Source: Octopus bimaculoides
Taxonomy: Eukaryota
Direction of reading: 5' to 3'
Assembly (NCBI RefSeq): GCF_001194135.2
Contig: NC_068982.1
Location: 148,175,523 to 148,239,522 of the forward strand
Length of the DNA: 64,000 bases
Under the pieces are notes generated by a model. That model saw nothing but the letters and a program-made list of their open reading frames with translations, ran no database searches and was not told the origin of the DNA. Shown here one piece after another: positions 38,411 to 52,452 of the stretch. How positions within the stretch are numbered: the stretch's first letter is position 1; each line of letters begins with the position of its first letter. The position numbers and the translations under genes are program-made.

Positions 38411-39945
38411 ATTTTTCCTGAAACAATTACAATAAAAGTACAAACGAGTTAAAATAAATTTATGTATATTAATGGCTCAATCAAAAGAAGAGCAATGCAT
38501 TTCAATATTTCTTTCCTGGTATTCGAAATGAAGAAAGAAACGAGATGATTAAATTGTCGTTATAAAACTGTAGACCTGATCCGATTCTCTGCAACATAGT
38601 AGGAGTAGAGACTATTCCAACAGCAATATTAAATAAATACTTGTTTCATATAACTAAATAAAATCCTATCATTTAATGGAAATAAAAAATAAAAATGAAA
38701 AATGTGAAATTTGGACTAAAGGTTCACACAGTGCTACATTGGATAACGCATTAAGCTTACCCAGTTACCACTAGTGGAAAATGATTGTCCTTTCACCGAA
38801 AATTTACACGAATTCCTTCAACTTAATTACACGTATAAGTCTTGCTACCAACCATAACTATAGTTGAACATGCACTCTCAGTCTCCATTACTGTGGGGTT
38901 CAACGCGTTACTAGAAAATCCTTAAACGCACGATTACATTTACGCCAACTATTCAGTTATTAGAAGAAAATGATAGCACAATGAAATAACAGGACATGTA
39001 ATTCAAGGAATAAAATTCACAGAAGTACATATTTTTAGAATGCGCCTATAATCTATATGGCATTATCAATTAAATTTAAATAGATTTCATGTAACTAAAT
39101 AATATAGCGTAATTTAATTTTTAAAAAAATAAACTGAAAAACAGAGTACATCATTTCAAAGGATTTTAAAGTTATTCCCTCTCCCTTTCAATGTAACTCT
39201 ATAAAAATATATAATATATATTATATATGCATATAATCTGTCTATCTATCTATCTATCTAACAATCTATCTATCTGTCTGTCTGTTTGTCTGTCTGTCTC
39301 TATGTCTGTCTGTCTTTCTGTCTATCTGTCTGTCTATCTGTCTGTCTGTCTGTCTGTCTTATATTATTTTATGGCATGTTATATTTCTAATGTAAATAAA
39401 ATGTTAGTTTGTCAATTGTATTTCTCTATTTCATTTAATATTTGTATATATATATATATATATAAAGTTGTGTGTGTGAGTGTGTGAGTATGTCTGTGTG
39501 TATTTATATGCATATTCTTTAGTCATTTGACTGCGGCCATGCTGGAGCACCGCCCTAAAGGATTTTAGTCGGAGAAATCTCCCCCCACGCCAGGACTTAT
39601 TCTTTGTGAGCTTAGTATATATCTTATGTGTATATAAATATATATATATATATNNNNNNNNNNNNNNNNNNNNNNNNNNNNNATACGCATGCATGCATAC
39701 GTTTATATATATATACATATATATATATACACACACACATATTAACACATACATCATACATACGCATGCATGCATACGTTTATATATATATACATATATA
39801 TATATACACAAACACACACACACACATATAATAATCGAAACGGCGTCAGTTCTGTAATAAATGTATTTAAAATAAGATTTGGATAGATGCAGGTTTCTAC
39901 AGTATGAGAATGTAGACGTAGAAAGCAATGAAAATGAAAACTCAC

Positions 39946-40041
39946 AGATGTAATTTGAGTCGTAAATACGCACTCACACTCATATATACACTTCTAGTGG
40001 CGATTGATTATATTCGATTACGTCATTCAATCGTATATAAG
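39946..40041 (-). promoter_or_regulatory. Gene 2 putative core promoter and non-coding first exon
   Basis: CTTATATACG...TCAATC (+1 ~40005)...TTACATCT|gtgagt; same TATA-to-Inr spacing as gene 1. Confidence 0.65.
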
Positions 40042-41189
40042 CATGTGCCTATATACCTGTTTATTGATCTTTAGTGTTCTTTTTCTACTTCCTTGCATCT
40101 ATCGTATATACATTTTCTGGTGCTGTATGTAAGTGTGTGTGTGTGTGTGTGTGCGTGTGTGTGTATGTGTGTGTGTGTGTGTATGCACCTGTGAATTTAT
40201 GTGTGTAGGTATGTGTGTGTTTGTATATCTCTATGTTTCACAGGAAAGGACATAGAAGAAATACGTAAGTGCGAGATTACTGTCAAAATTCAGTTGCTTT
40301 CACTGCAATACCAGCATTGCATGACATCAATCATAACAAAATAATCGTTTATATAAATAAAATTCCCAGTAGTGAAAGATCAATTAGTTGGAAAATTTTG
40401 CGCTTTTGTTTTACATTGTTGACAAACATGCAATATATATCACCAGATTTATTTTGGTTTTCTGCGAAAGAAGCTTCTGAGAGATATTTCTTTCTCACAC
40501 GTAGACGCACGAACACACACACACATACACACACACACACAAACAACCCACGCTGATATGCACACATACACACACAGGGGCCCACACACAGAGATATACA
40601 GACACACACACACATACGGACGGAGACACACACACACACACACACACACACACGAATACACACACACACGGTCACACANNNNNNNNNNTTTATGCTAGCA
40701 TCTACAAATCCTTGCTTTTCTGGTTTTCATGTTTTCCAGGATGCCATTTCTTCTGATGTCTGATCTTGTTTCTGCCACCTTTGCACCTTGATACCGATTT
40801 GTACAAGATTTCTAATGCTTTTGTCAACGAAAATATATAAAACACTTACCGTTCGTGAATTCTAATTTCACTTCTATCATATAAAAGAAAAATTAAGTTG
40901 GTTTATGGTTATCGTAAGTGACTCTTCTCGGAAAATTGATTCAATATTTGGTAACTGATAATCACTTTATGATCATTAATTTAGTCGAGAGGTAGGAAAT
41001 TTGATCAATAGCAAAATTTCCTCTGAGTGGAATCTTACGCTAAACTAACATCTAGTTTGCTTTACCTCTGAAACACATACACAATTTAAAGAAGGTTCAA
41101 AAATAATAATTTTCTATCCTTACTGTCACCCAGTTTTCAAATACATTCAATAATTCCCCAACTAAAATCCTTGCTACTTTATTCTCCAT

Positions 41190-41320
41190 TCTAAAATTAA
41201 GAAACTCACATAATGTGGATGTAGATGTCTTCAAAAAGGAATTGGACATCCTCCTCTCCACAATGCCGGATAAACCGGCGACCCGGCATTAGGTACAGAC
41301 GAGGGCAGCGGAATCAAATT
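41190..41320 (+). mobile_element. LINE 3' end fragment (CR1/L2-like)
   Basis: Reads VDVDVFKKELDILLSTMPDKP, which resembles a CR1 ORF2 terminus. Confidence 0.5.
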
Positions 41321-42639
41321 CAAAGTTGTTGTCTAATCCGTTGGAACTATTAGCGAAATAATCAATAAAAGCGGATATAACATTATAAAATATTTCAAAA
41401 GAATTTATATTTGAAAGAATAGAAGCATTGACTTTTGTTACCTGGTAATTTATTATGATTAAATTTATTTTTAGATTTAGTTCAAATTTTGGTAATATGG
41501 GGTACCAAACCAAATTCTTAACGACATACCTTTTTTTCTTCGAATATATTAGTCCTCGGTTTGTTGCAGCGTATCCGTATATCAAATAGGCCAATACTTG
41601 GAACAAAGGTACGCACGGGAGTGGCGATGTGGTGACGTGAATAGCCCCTTTTTTCTTTGAATGTATTAGTTCTCGACTTGTTGCGTCGTATCCTTTACAG
41701 GACACCGGTGTTATTGACGAATAATTCCTGTTTTCGGAGCAGCTTTAATTAAAACTTATCCATCTTTCTCTTTATAGTATTAGAAATTGAAGTTTAATTG
41801 TTAGAAGCTAAGTTTTAATAGATCTAATTTTCAGAGGTTAACATGGCAGATACAAGACATAAAATACTCAAGCCCCACAAAATTCAAAATAAACCCCAAC
41901 CTTCTCACTTGATAGTAGAGACAAACTTGATTGTTTATTAGCCGTAAATCACTAAAGGAGATGAGCTAGCAGAATAGCTAGCGCATCGGACAGGATACGT
42001 TTCTGTATTCATTCTGGCTCTTTCCATTCCGATTTCAAGTCCTATGAGGAGAAATTTGCTTTTCGTGGTCGATAATAGAAAGTAGTAGCCAAATAGTGAT
42101 TATATTGGGATGACTTTGTTCCTAATTTAGAGACAATTATTTGTCGTAAACTTATTTAATATTTATGATGTATTAAATCAACGACCACAGTATAACCAAG
42201 TATGATATTTTTACTATTTCTAATTCACTTCTCCCTTAATGAATGGAAATTTGTCAACTGAATCGTTATGTCGAAGTATTGAAAGTATGCATATATGTGT
42301 GTATAATATGTGCGAGAACAGTATGTTCCAGATGGTGCTATTAAGTTAGACGTGGCCTGGGATAATCATAGACAAATCTGATCTAAGTTATGCTTGTATA
42401 TCACGCACACACATATATGTTTTAAAAACTTAATGTCTCAAAAAAAAATGTGTTTTGCTACTTTCTATCTCCACCGGAAAAAAGTATTTTGATTCTATAA
42501 GCGCAGTTTCACCGTTATTTCAGAATATATTTTTGTAAAATCCCAACGTTTGAAACGAGTGTAATTCATAACAGTCTAATCAAAGTACTTTCTCCAAGAT
42601 GTGGATGATTTTTATAATAATGATGATGATGATGATGTA

Positions 42640-43030
42640 ATATCAGGCACTCGTTCTCATGAGCTTCTGATCTTAACTGATTGGAAGTGATATCATGTGC
42701 ATGTTTTGTCTTCGTACAGAAGATGGGATACAGCAAATATTCTCAGATTTGCTCGTCACTTGTTTGACCTTAACCATTTGAGCATGTCCCTTAGTGGCTG
42801 ACGATATGTGCATCTCTGATCACAAGGAGAAATAGTTGGGAACATCATAGCCATATGTTGACAGGAATTCATGTGTTGATAGGAATTCTGGAAATATAGG
42901 TATTTCGTTCGACATCTTTAAACAATCATTATTCAGAGGCCTTTTGAGCGGGTTGGACTACTCGACCTGAAGAAAATTCTAACTGGGTCTCACCTGGAAG
43001 TTCATGCTGTATTTACCTTGATATGAGATC
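42640..43030 (+). mobile_element. Dispersed SINE/LINE-tail repeat (inverted relative at 55130-55400)
   Basis: Shared ctcgacctgaagaaaattctaactgg / ccggttaggatttcttttcggtcgag block after an (ATG)n tract. Confidence 0.55.
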
Positions 43031-43199
43031 ACCATGTCACGCACATATTGTTGTGACGCATGTGCCCGGTGTACCCTTATAAGACAGGAAGTCATGATGG
43101 TTATATTAGTCTTCATGTTCACAAATGTTTCTTTCATGGCATGCGCTGTTCTCTCACTCAATACCAGCTGCGGATCTCTAAATCAACAGTTGCAAGAGT

Positions 43200-43620
43200 C
43201 TGAATCAGCAGCTACGGGGCTGTGAATCACAAGCTGTGAAACTCGGAATATTGGGTTGGTACCCAGGGAAGGATAGCTCACTTAAATTTCTCTGGGTAGG
43301 ACCCCTGAACCCTTTACTCTGCATGAAAATAATGAATAATAGAATTAACACAAACAACGGCATGAATGAGGATGGAACTACAGGTGATGGACATCTCCCA
43401 GCAGGTGCCCTGTGGGTGAGCAGCACAGGCAAAATGGACTAAAACGATGAATACAGCTGTCATGGAATGTTATGTTATTTTTTGAGTAGACTAATGAAGG
43501 GACACCCATAAGAGGAGTGCATGTCATCCCAGTAGCTGTAGGGGTACTTGGAGAACTAACAAACAAGTTCGAGAATATGTTAGAGGAATCGGAATTGAGA
43601 TGCGAGCAGAACAAGTCCCC
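43200..43620 (+). mobile_element. Non-LTR element fragment, restriction-like endonuclease end
   Basis: HVIPVAVGVLGELTNKFENML matches the V.P..VG.LG terminal motif. Confidence 0.55.
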
Positions 43621-43789
43621 CCCCCCAAAAAAAAACTGTATTAGTTTGGAGTTGGGTTTTCGAATCCCCGAGGAAGCATGCTACTTAAAATTTTCGATTC
43701 ATATCTGTTGCTTCCAGTCGTTTTTCGTGAATAAATTCGGTATTTTTTCTGTTTGGTGCGTTATTATAACATATCTAGTTGCAGTTTAT

Positions 43790-44290
43790 ATTTTTAATAA
43801 AAAGTTTTCCTTATTTAATCGAAATTGTGTTGAAGTGTTTCTGGTCCATTGATAGAGGGAAAAATCTGATATTTCGGATTTTTGCAGAGCATTGAGCTAA
43901 ATGTTTACTTACGCGAATTTTCCTGGTCGTGGAGTCTCGAATCTGTTGCCTGCGTACCGACAGTCTGTCCCTCAGGGTCAATATCGTTTGACCTATGTAG
44001 TCCCCACCGCACCAACCACATTTGATATCATAATCTTCAATGCACATGAGAAACGACATTTTATGGTGAATATTTGACCTTGAATTCTAATGTTGATCCT
44101 TCCAAAAGGTTGATGCAAGTTCCAAAGTTAGGGCAATTGCATTTTTTGACTAGAGTGGGAAGTTGTACTTTTGATGGGTAATTTGTCCGTGGTAACCTTT
44201 TTAAAGATGTAGATTGTCTTTTACTTTTAATAATTTTATGTGCTTCGAGTGCTTTTTTCATTCGCATTCACGATTCACTGCGCAGTGTGT
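43790..44290 (-). mobile_element. Penelope-like GIY-YIG endonuclease fragment
   Basis: IKCGWCGGDYIGQTILTLRDRLSVRRQQIRD...VSKHLAQC. Confidence 0.75.
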
Positions 44291-44311
44291 TTTGACACAT
44301 ATCATCTAGGA

Positions 44312-45010
44312 CAGTGGTTCTTACCTAAGGGTCGTGACATCTGGGTGGGGAGAAGGTCATTTGAGGTTTCTTAGTTGGGTCACTGAGGGTTTGGGAAAAA
44401 GTAATTTATTTCATGTGTTTGAAGTATTGCATTGCGGCTTTATTGCTGTATTGCAGTATCATGTATCGCAGCTGCAAGTTATATCATAACTTCATATGCT
44501 TTGTTCCTGCTTTCTGACTCCCAAGACACAGCTTTCTCCCTTCAGATGACAAATTTCCTGGATTCTATGACAGAAGCTAAATGTAGTTCCCGTGAAGAGA
44601 TCTCAGCTTATCTTCTGGCAGTGGATGACGCCATTGAATGTTACTTCACAAGATTGGATGACCGCTGTATTTGCAAACCCTCTGAAGTGAAGGAGAGTAC
44701 CATCAGTGATACTGATGGTACTACGAAGGTGGAATTTCTTCAAATTTGTGAGGATACTTAGTTGAAAGTCGATTTTTCTGAACAGGAACTTCCGACATTT
44801 TGGGCGAAACTGAAAGATGACTATCCTCTTCTTTCGATGCGTTCACTGATCATGCTGTTCTAGTCCCCCTCGACCTCCCGCTGCGAGGCTAGATTCTCAG
44901 CAGTGATGTCTCTGAAAACGAATGCATACAGTAGGCTTGTGATTCACGCCGACATGAGGTGTTGTCTCTCGCTTTGATGTACTTATGGTTGCAAAACAAT
45001 ATCAACCCAC
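44312..45010 (+). mobile_element. hAT (Buster/Charlie-like) transposon remnant
   Basis: Starts cagtggttctt. Dimerisation-domain motif FWAKLKDDYPLL...STSRCEARFS...KTNAYSRL. Confidence 0.7.
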
Positions 45011-46796
45011 TGAGTCAATAAGTAGGTTTTGTAAAATGTTCAGTAGTTACATACGTTTCTTTATCACTTGTAGCATTTTCCAATGTCTTTTATTTGTAAC
45101 AGTTTCAATAAATTAGAATCTTCATATAGTTTTGTTTTATCTTAGTTTTACACAAAGGTCATCATTTCAAAATGGTCCTTTAGGCTCGAATGCACATGGC
45201 TGGCCTTATTTGTAAAACTGTGGAAAGATGCTAGCCTATGAGAAAACACGAGGACGGGTGTGAGGAAGGTTAATGCAAATGGTGGAATGAGAAATTGTAG
45301 ACAAGAAATAAAAGCGGTAAAAAAAAAGACAGGAAAGATTACCAAGAGTAGCGTCCTCTTTTGTCCATCGAAATCCTTATTAGTATAGTAAGGGTAGAAT
45401 AATTTAATAGGCAGGAGGCCGAAGCCTTTGAGAGAGCATACTTAATACGGTGAGGGTGGTTTCCTGCTCTTTGACAAAAGAAATTTACCCAGTAGCCTCA
45501 AACATAAGATATCTTACAACTCATCTTTTGAAAATATGAAACTTAAAAAATAGACCCAGGAAAATATCATCGTTCACCCCACCCATCCTTTTCTTTGAAT
45601 GTTAAGACTAATACTGGCAAAAATTCATCCTGAAAAGCATAAATGCAGGAACATTTTAATATATATATTCAGTAAAAATTTCGTGCAGTTGCTGCCCCAA
45701 TATTAAGACCATCATCACTCGCAAGTCACACCAACAGACTACTGCTAGTTGTAATCACTGAAACCCAGAAGGTTGTCCAGTTTATGAAACTGAAGTCACA
45801 GCAGTACTCCGACAATTTTAAAAGAAGATACGCGAACCACCAGCCATCTTTCGGACACATGGACAAAAATAAAGCCACAAAGTATGTTAGCGATATATAG
45901 GATCTGAAGGCCAATTGCACACCGCATATAATCAAGTGGAGCATTGTTAATTAATCCACGCCACAGGTAAATTGATTAAGGAGATGCAAGTGATTTGTAG
46001 CCGAAAGATTTCACATTCTTGATAGTTGTAAGGATTCCCCCACACTAGTTAATTCCAGATCCGAAATTTTTAACAAATGCAAGCACATGGACAAATTTCT
46101 TCTCTCCGACCGGTGGACACCACCCTCTTTAGATTAAGCATATTTTCTTACAGGCTTCGGCTTCCTATCCGATGAATTATCCTGCAGTTACTATTCTAAT
46201 TATGATATCGATAAAAAAAAAGGACGCAACACTGATTTCCTTTCCGTTCTTTCTGTTTCCGTTTTTATTACTTTTAGTTTTTTCGTCTTTGTTCATTTCA
46301 TTCCACCTTTTGCATTTACCTTCCTCTCACCTTTTCCCATTCTTTCTCATGGACCAGTATTTTGTTTTAGTTTNNNNNNNNNNNNNNNNNNNNNNNNNNN
46401 NNNNNNNNNNNNNNNNNNNNNNNNNNNNNNNNNNNNNNNNNNNNNNNNNNNNNNNNNNNNNNNNNNNNNNNNNNNNNNNNNNNNNNNNNNNNNNNNNNNN
46501 NNNNNNNNNNNNNNNNNNNNNNNNNNNNNNNNNNNNNNNNNNNNNNNNNNNNNNNNNNNNNNNNNNNNNNNNNNNNNNNNNNNNNNNNNNNNNNNNNNNN
46601 NNNNNNNNNNNNNNNNNNNNNNNNNNNNNNNNNNNNNNNNNNNNNNNNNNNNNNNNNNNNNNNNNNNNNNNNNNNNNNNNNNNNNNNNNNNNNNNNNNNN
46701 NNNNNNNNNNNNNNNNNNNNNNNNNNNNNNNNNNNNNNNNNNNNNNNNNNNNNNNNNNNNNNNNNNNNNNNNNNNNNNNNNNNNNNNNNNNNNNNN

Positions 46797-46857
<61 letters not shown>

Positions 46858-47579
46858 TGTGTGTGTGTGTGTGTGCATGTGCGTGCGTGTGTAAAAACAT
46901 AACTTCGTGATGGAGTGCGCGTACGCGTGTGTGCATATGTGTGAGTAAACAATAACAAAGTTATTCTTCGGTCGGTATTTGAAATATCTATTTCCATCAG
47001 CCAAGTGATATTTGTTTGTTGTGTAGTCCTATGTGAGTCTGGTTGATCGATGAACAAAAGTGTCTCATCGAATTTCATGGTAAAACTTTATACTTTTAAT
47101 GATTAAAAATATACAAGTTTATTTTAAGCGTACTTTATTAAACATTAACATTGTTTGAAAATAAATAAGAATATAAAACTTTTATACAAATATACAGAAG
47201 AAAATCGAGTTGCTGTGTTGTTATTGTCTTCCAGTTGTACATTTATCGACTGACGATTGTACATTGAACATTTAAAATCTTAATGAAACGGACCCAAGTA
47301 TTTTCATTGACGGATGATTAAGAAGTTATCTTGTCACAATAGCTATTACTTTTGTCGTTACTGCTTGTTAAGCGTGTAACCTAATGGAATTGCCAAAATT
47401 GTTGTCCACAATAATAATTATTATTAACACTTAGGTTACAGAATTTTTATACAAAACTTCAACCTCAATCTGATGTACAAGTTCAAGCACTCTGTGTAAA
47501 TTTTACAACTGATATTAACTTGTTCTTGTGGATTCCTACGTATCTCTACGTCCGAATATATTGGTGCATCCGCCTTTTC

Positions 47580-47590
47580 TTAAGAACAAC
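47580..47590 (-). CDS. Gene 3 terminal coding exon: (G)CS-stop
   Basis: tttcttttctttaactatctag|GT TGT TCT TAA. The 3' UTR (47100-47580) aligns with 23480-24185. Confidence 0.8.
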
Positions 47591-48265
47591 CTAGATAGTT
47601 AAAGAAAAGAAATAAAGCAACTTTTAATAACTGGTTGTAAAATAAAATTTTGCTCAATATAATGAAAGTAAGTAAATCAAATATTGAATTAAAATTGAAG
47701 TAAAATCAAAATTAAAACGAAAATGCATTTATAGTTCTGTTGAAAAGTATGTGAGTAAACATCTTAATAAACTGCTGAGCAGCATTAACATAGAAGTAAT
47801 TTGTGAATTATGCTTGAATAGGTTATCAAACTTAGTACTGAATGTAATATCACTATGTTCGAATTACATTAAGGTATGTGATCGGCAAAAAGCAGATCTC
47901 CCATCCAAATTATTGAAAACTTAAGTATAAGTCAAAAATCTGATAAATCATAATATTCAATATTGAAAACAGATTGAAACTTTCATGTTAAGTGGCTGTA
48001 GTTTATTCAAAACATCAGTATGGATGATTCTGCATCATATCGATAGAAATCGTTGTTGAACAAAAATAATTTGTCTATCTTTACAATATTTTAGATTAAA
48101 CAACTGACAATAAGCAAAATTACCATCAATGAAATTATCTTAGAGAAAGAGCTTTTTTTTTCATTCGTTTTGGCTATTTACATCAATGGCGTCGGAAAAG
48201 TAATGTTATTTTGATTGCTTACATTAAAAATGCACATACATACGTACGTACACACATGTACGTAC

Positions 48266-48296
<31 letters not shown>

Positions 48297-48362
48297 TGTA
48301 TGTATGTATGTATGCATGTATGTATGTATGTATGTATATATGTATATATATGTATATATATA

Positions 48363-48396
<34 letters not shown>

Positions 48397-48765
48397 NNNN
48401 NNNNNNNNNNNNNNNNNNNNNNNNNNNNNNNNNNNNNNNNNNNNNNNNNNNNNNNNNNNNNNNNNNNNNNNNNNNNNNNNNNNNNNNNNNNNNNNNNNNN
48501 NNNNNNNNNNNNNNNNNNNNNNNNNNNNNNNNNNNNNNNNNNNNNNNNNNNNNNNNNNNNNNNNNNNNNNNNNNNNNNNNNNNNNNNNNNNNNNNNNNNN
48601 NNNNNNNNNNNNNNNNNNNNNNNNNNNNNNNNNNNNNNNNNNNNNNNNNNNNNNNNNNNNNNNNNNNNNNNNNNNNNNNNNNNNNNNNNNNNNNNNNNNN
48701 NNNNNNNNNNNNNNNNNNNNNNNNNNNNNNNNNNNNNNNNNNNNNNNNNNNNNNNNNNNNNNNNN

Positions 48766-48796
<31 letters not shown>

Positions 48797-50689
48797 AAAG
48801 AAAGAAAATCGAGAACAATGAATGTATGAATAATTTATTTGTATATAAAGATGTTGATATTTTTAAAAAACATAACAGTAAAAATAAATTATAACTTGGA
48901 AAGCTAAAAAAATGTGAAAAACCTACATATATGTTTCAGTTCTAAACCCTAGTTGGTATGCAATTCTAAGAATTTGGTTATATGCTAAGAAAGGTATAAT
49001 TGTTTGTCTGTGTGGGGTAGAACTTCTTCAAGGTCATGTGCTTATCCGTGGATCTAACTTCTTCGAATTGACTGTATATATATATAATATGTGTGTGTGC
49101 GAGAAAGAGAGAGAACAAAATATATATGCATATATAATGAAATAAACTACTAGCTGCAATTTGAGAATAATAAATATTACTTAATATTGCATTAATGGAT
49201 CAAAACAGTTTGATGCAAATTCATTTGTACTCCGAATTTCAAACGTCGTGCTAATCTTAAGTCATTGAGAATTCCCAACGGCTACAGATTAGCATCACTC
49301 GGAGTACCAACGAATTTGAATCAAACTGTTTTGATTCGTACATATAACTTCCAGTAAATGTGTCGAGTACCCTTCTTTCGGTTGTCCAGTCACTCTATAA
49401 TATTGAATTAAGTAATTTAAAGGTCTCGAACAGTATGTACTTCCTTTATTAAATAAAACACTTGAAAATTCCGGTGCTCACCCTTATATTTAGTTTCGAG
49501 GATAGCCCCAAACCGTATTTTTCGACAATATAAATCAAAACAATTGAATCGCTTTCTTGTTCCAACGGGTAAACACTGATCATTTATTGGACAACCTGCC
49601 AGAATAAAAAAAGTAGTTTATTTTTAAATCAGTTATTGCTTCTGTGAAATATAAAGTTTTATTTTCGTTTTCTTAGATATATACATTATGCATTCGTAAA
49701 CAATTAAATAATAATCGATAGTTGATTGATTGATTTCTTCACTCATGCATTACATCACATAGAGAGAAAGTTTGAAGAGTAAAAGAGAGGTGCAGAGAAA
49801 GTTACAGTAAGAGGTGCAGAATGAGTGCTTAGATGGAGGAATAAGACATGAGTGCTAAATACACAGTGAGAGAGAAAAGTTCATACAGACAGCAGTAGGA
49901 AATAAGTAAATGACAAAGTAGTTATGGAAAATACATGCATGCATGTGTGAAACGAAATACGTCAGTTACTGCATACTACAGACCAACAGTTTAAAATAAT
50001 TTAAATTATGGTACGCATACATATACATGAAGTGTATATACTTTAGTAAACAAGTACTTAGGAAAAATAATTTAGAATTTATTCCATAGTTCATATCCAA
50101 AATGTAAATGAACAATCAAATGCAAAATTATTCACTGTGTTCATTTTATATAATGAAAATTTACCCACACAGTATATATATATATATGTATATATACTAA
50201 CACACATACAGGATTTAAATTCGATAATCTGACAAACTTGTATAGCATGCTGTGTATTGCCAAGCAATCTTTCAGGTTCAAACATGCAACATGGTTGGTC
50301 TTTTTTGAAAAAAAGTAAAGGAAGCCAGTTTGTTGGAAAACACGAAAATGTACCTTAGTCTTTCAGAAAAATTTTGTAGTTCTGTAGAGTTCTTAGATCT
50401 AAAAAGTATGAGATTTTTCGGCTAAACAAAACCTGCATTTCTTTGATTCATTAACCTATGGCGAGGATCGTTCCATGATGCTCCACTTGATTGTATGTGG
50501 TGTACAGTTAGCCTTCAGATCCCAGATATTGCTAACTTCGTGGCTATAGTATTATTCACGATCGAAAAGAAGGCAAGTAGTTAGTGTATCTTTTGCTAAA
50601 ATTTGTTCTGCCAATGCACTTTTTTCTGTTGAGTTTCCGTATTCTGGAACGCTACTGTCACTTCAGCTTCATAAAACACTGAAATAATC

Positions 50690-51080
50690 GTGCATGTTTG
50701 GCCGAGTGCGCGAGGAACTGAGTTTCGACAGCTACAACTAGGAGTGGACGCTTGGTATGACCTCTGAGTGATAATATTTTTCTTATTGGTTTATCAGCTG
50801 TATGTCCATTACAAATTTTGCTATTAACTGGAAATGCTTATCTATTAAGGCAAGAGATTTTCTACCTACGTCAGTCTTAACATTCAGAGGAAATGGGAAC
50901 CAACCATATAATCTTTTTGGTTTTGTAATTTTAATCATATGGTTGTAAGTTATCTTTTCTTTCAAGTCACTGTTAACCAGGGTGTGACTATAATAGGGTG
51001 CTTCCTTATCGATTGTTTCCTTAGAAGAGGAGAGTTTAGATATATTATTGTTGATATTGACTGTAAGGTTTTTGAACACT
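50690..51080 (-). mobile_element. Penelope-like element fragment
   Basis: KPKRLYGWFPFPLNVKTDVGRKSLALIDKHF resembles the WFNPP...V.TN.G..FL.L.DKHF motif. Confidence 0.65.
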
Positions 51081-51739
51081 ATAGTGGTACAATGTAGTAG
51101 GATTGTTTATGTAGATAACTCACTTTTTCATCGGGTTTATTTTGAGAAGGCACATTTAGGTCTTGGGTAGCATCTAAGAAATCGACTTTAGAGAAGTTAG
51201 TAATTACAGTAATTATGAGGTCTATTCGTCATAGAGTATTTATGAAATTCTTCGTTGATTTAACAAGACCATCATAGCCTATACTATTGTTATAGTATTG
51301 ACGAATGTCATGGTAGGGAAACTTAGATATTATCTATCTAATATAAAAAGACCTACTATCAGCACTGCCATATGAATCCATCGATTCATCAAATAATTCA
51401 TCTTTTTCAGACTTTATACATAAATGAAGCTGTGTGGCCCAGTGGTTACGGTGTTGCACTCACGATTCTAAGATCGTAGTTTCGGTTACCGAACTGGATG
51501 GTACATTGTGTTTTTGAGCAAAATGCTTCATTTCATGTTCCTTTGCAAATACTTCTCTGTTTGATGTGTAGCACATCGTGCACTCGTTCGGGTAAAGTCG
51601 ATTTGATGAAAGAAGTGAGTACATGTATACCACAGGATTTTGTTTATGATAAGCAAATCGTCTGTGCGGGTTAGTCAGCAAGATGTTGCAGAATCCTCAT
51701 CTGCAGTTTACAACAGGAGAGGCAAGCATATATACATAC

Positions 51740-51801
<62 letters not shown>

Positions 51802-52335
51802 GCTGAGAGAGGGGGAAAGAGAGAAAAGAAGCATGAATTTGGTATTCTTTTATTTCATCTGTTACACGTTTTTGAGTTCGATTATTTAAGATGTATTATA
51901 AAAGCAATTTACAAAGGCCTTTTAATCACTCCGGTTATGTCTTCAGGTCAGGTATTTATATAAGATGGTTGGATGTCTATGATTCGATGTTTGGTATGAT
52001 TAGGTGCTCTTTGCAAATTGCATTTATAATACATTCATAATTGAAAACTGAAACTTATGTAACAGATTAAATAAAGGAACAACAGAACACCAAATTCGGG
52101 CTTCATGTCTTTCTCTCCTTATATATTGCTTAATTATTTGTCAGGGCTATCATGCAAGAATGACCAGAAAATTCTTTATTTTGTATATGATTAGTAACTG
52201 ATGGAGATCAATAGATAAAAACGCATGACAAATAAAGTATTATTTTCTGTTAGTATATGAAGTACATATATTTTTGGCATGAATGTTTTAGCGTATTACA
52301 TGACAGACCTTCCTCCGAGTGATCTACAGGCTTAC

Positions 52336-52452
52336 CCATGAATTCTTTGAAAAAATTATATCCATTTTCGAGTTTCTTGCAAATTCCATAGCGACAGTGC
52401 TTGAGTTTGTATTTCTTTCCAGTTTTGTAACACACATTTTTATCTAAACAAC
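52336..52452 (-). CDS. Gene 3 module exon: GCLDKNVCYKTGKKYKLKHCRYGICKKLENGYNFFKEFM(G)
   Basis: tttttcccctcaaag|GT TGT ... ATG G|gtaagc; 117 bp, phase 1-1, 4 Cys. Confidence 0.9.

Noticed and set aside
44432-44761. ORF with a hydrophobic N-terminus (MRLYCCIAVSCIAAAS...)
   Set aside because: Lies within the hAT remnant; the downstream frames are transposase-derived.
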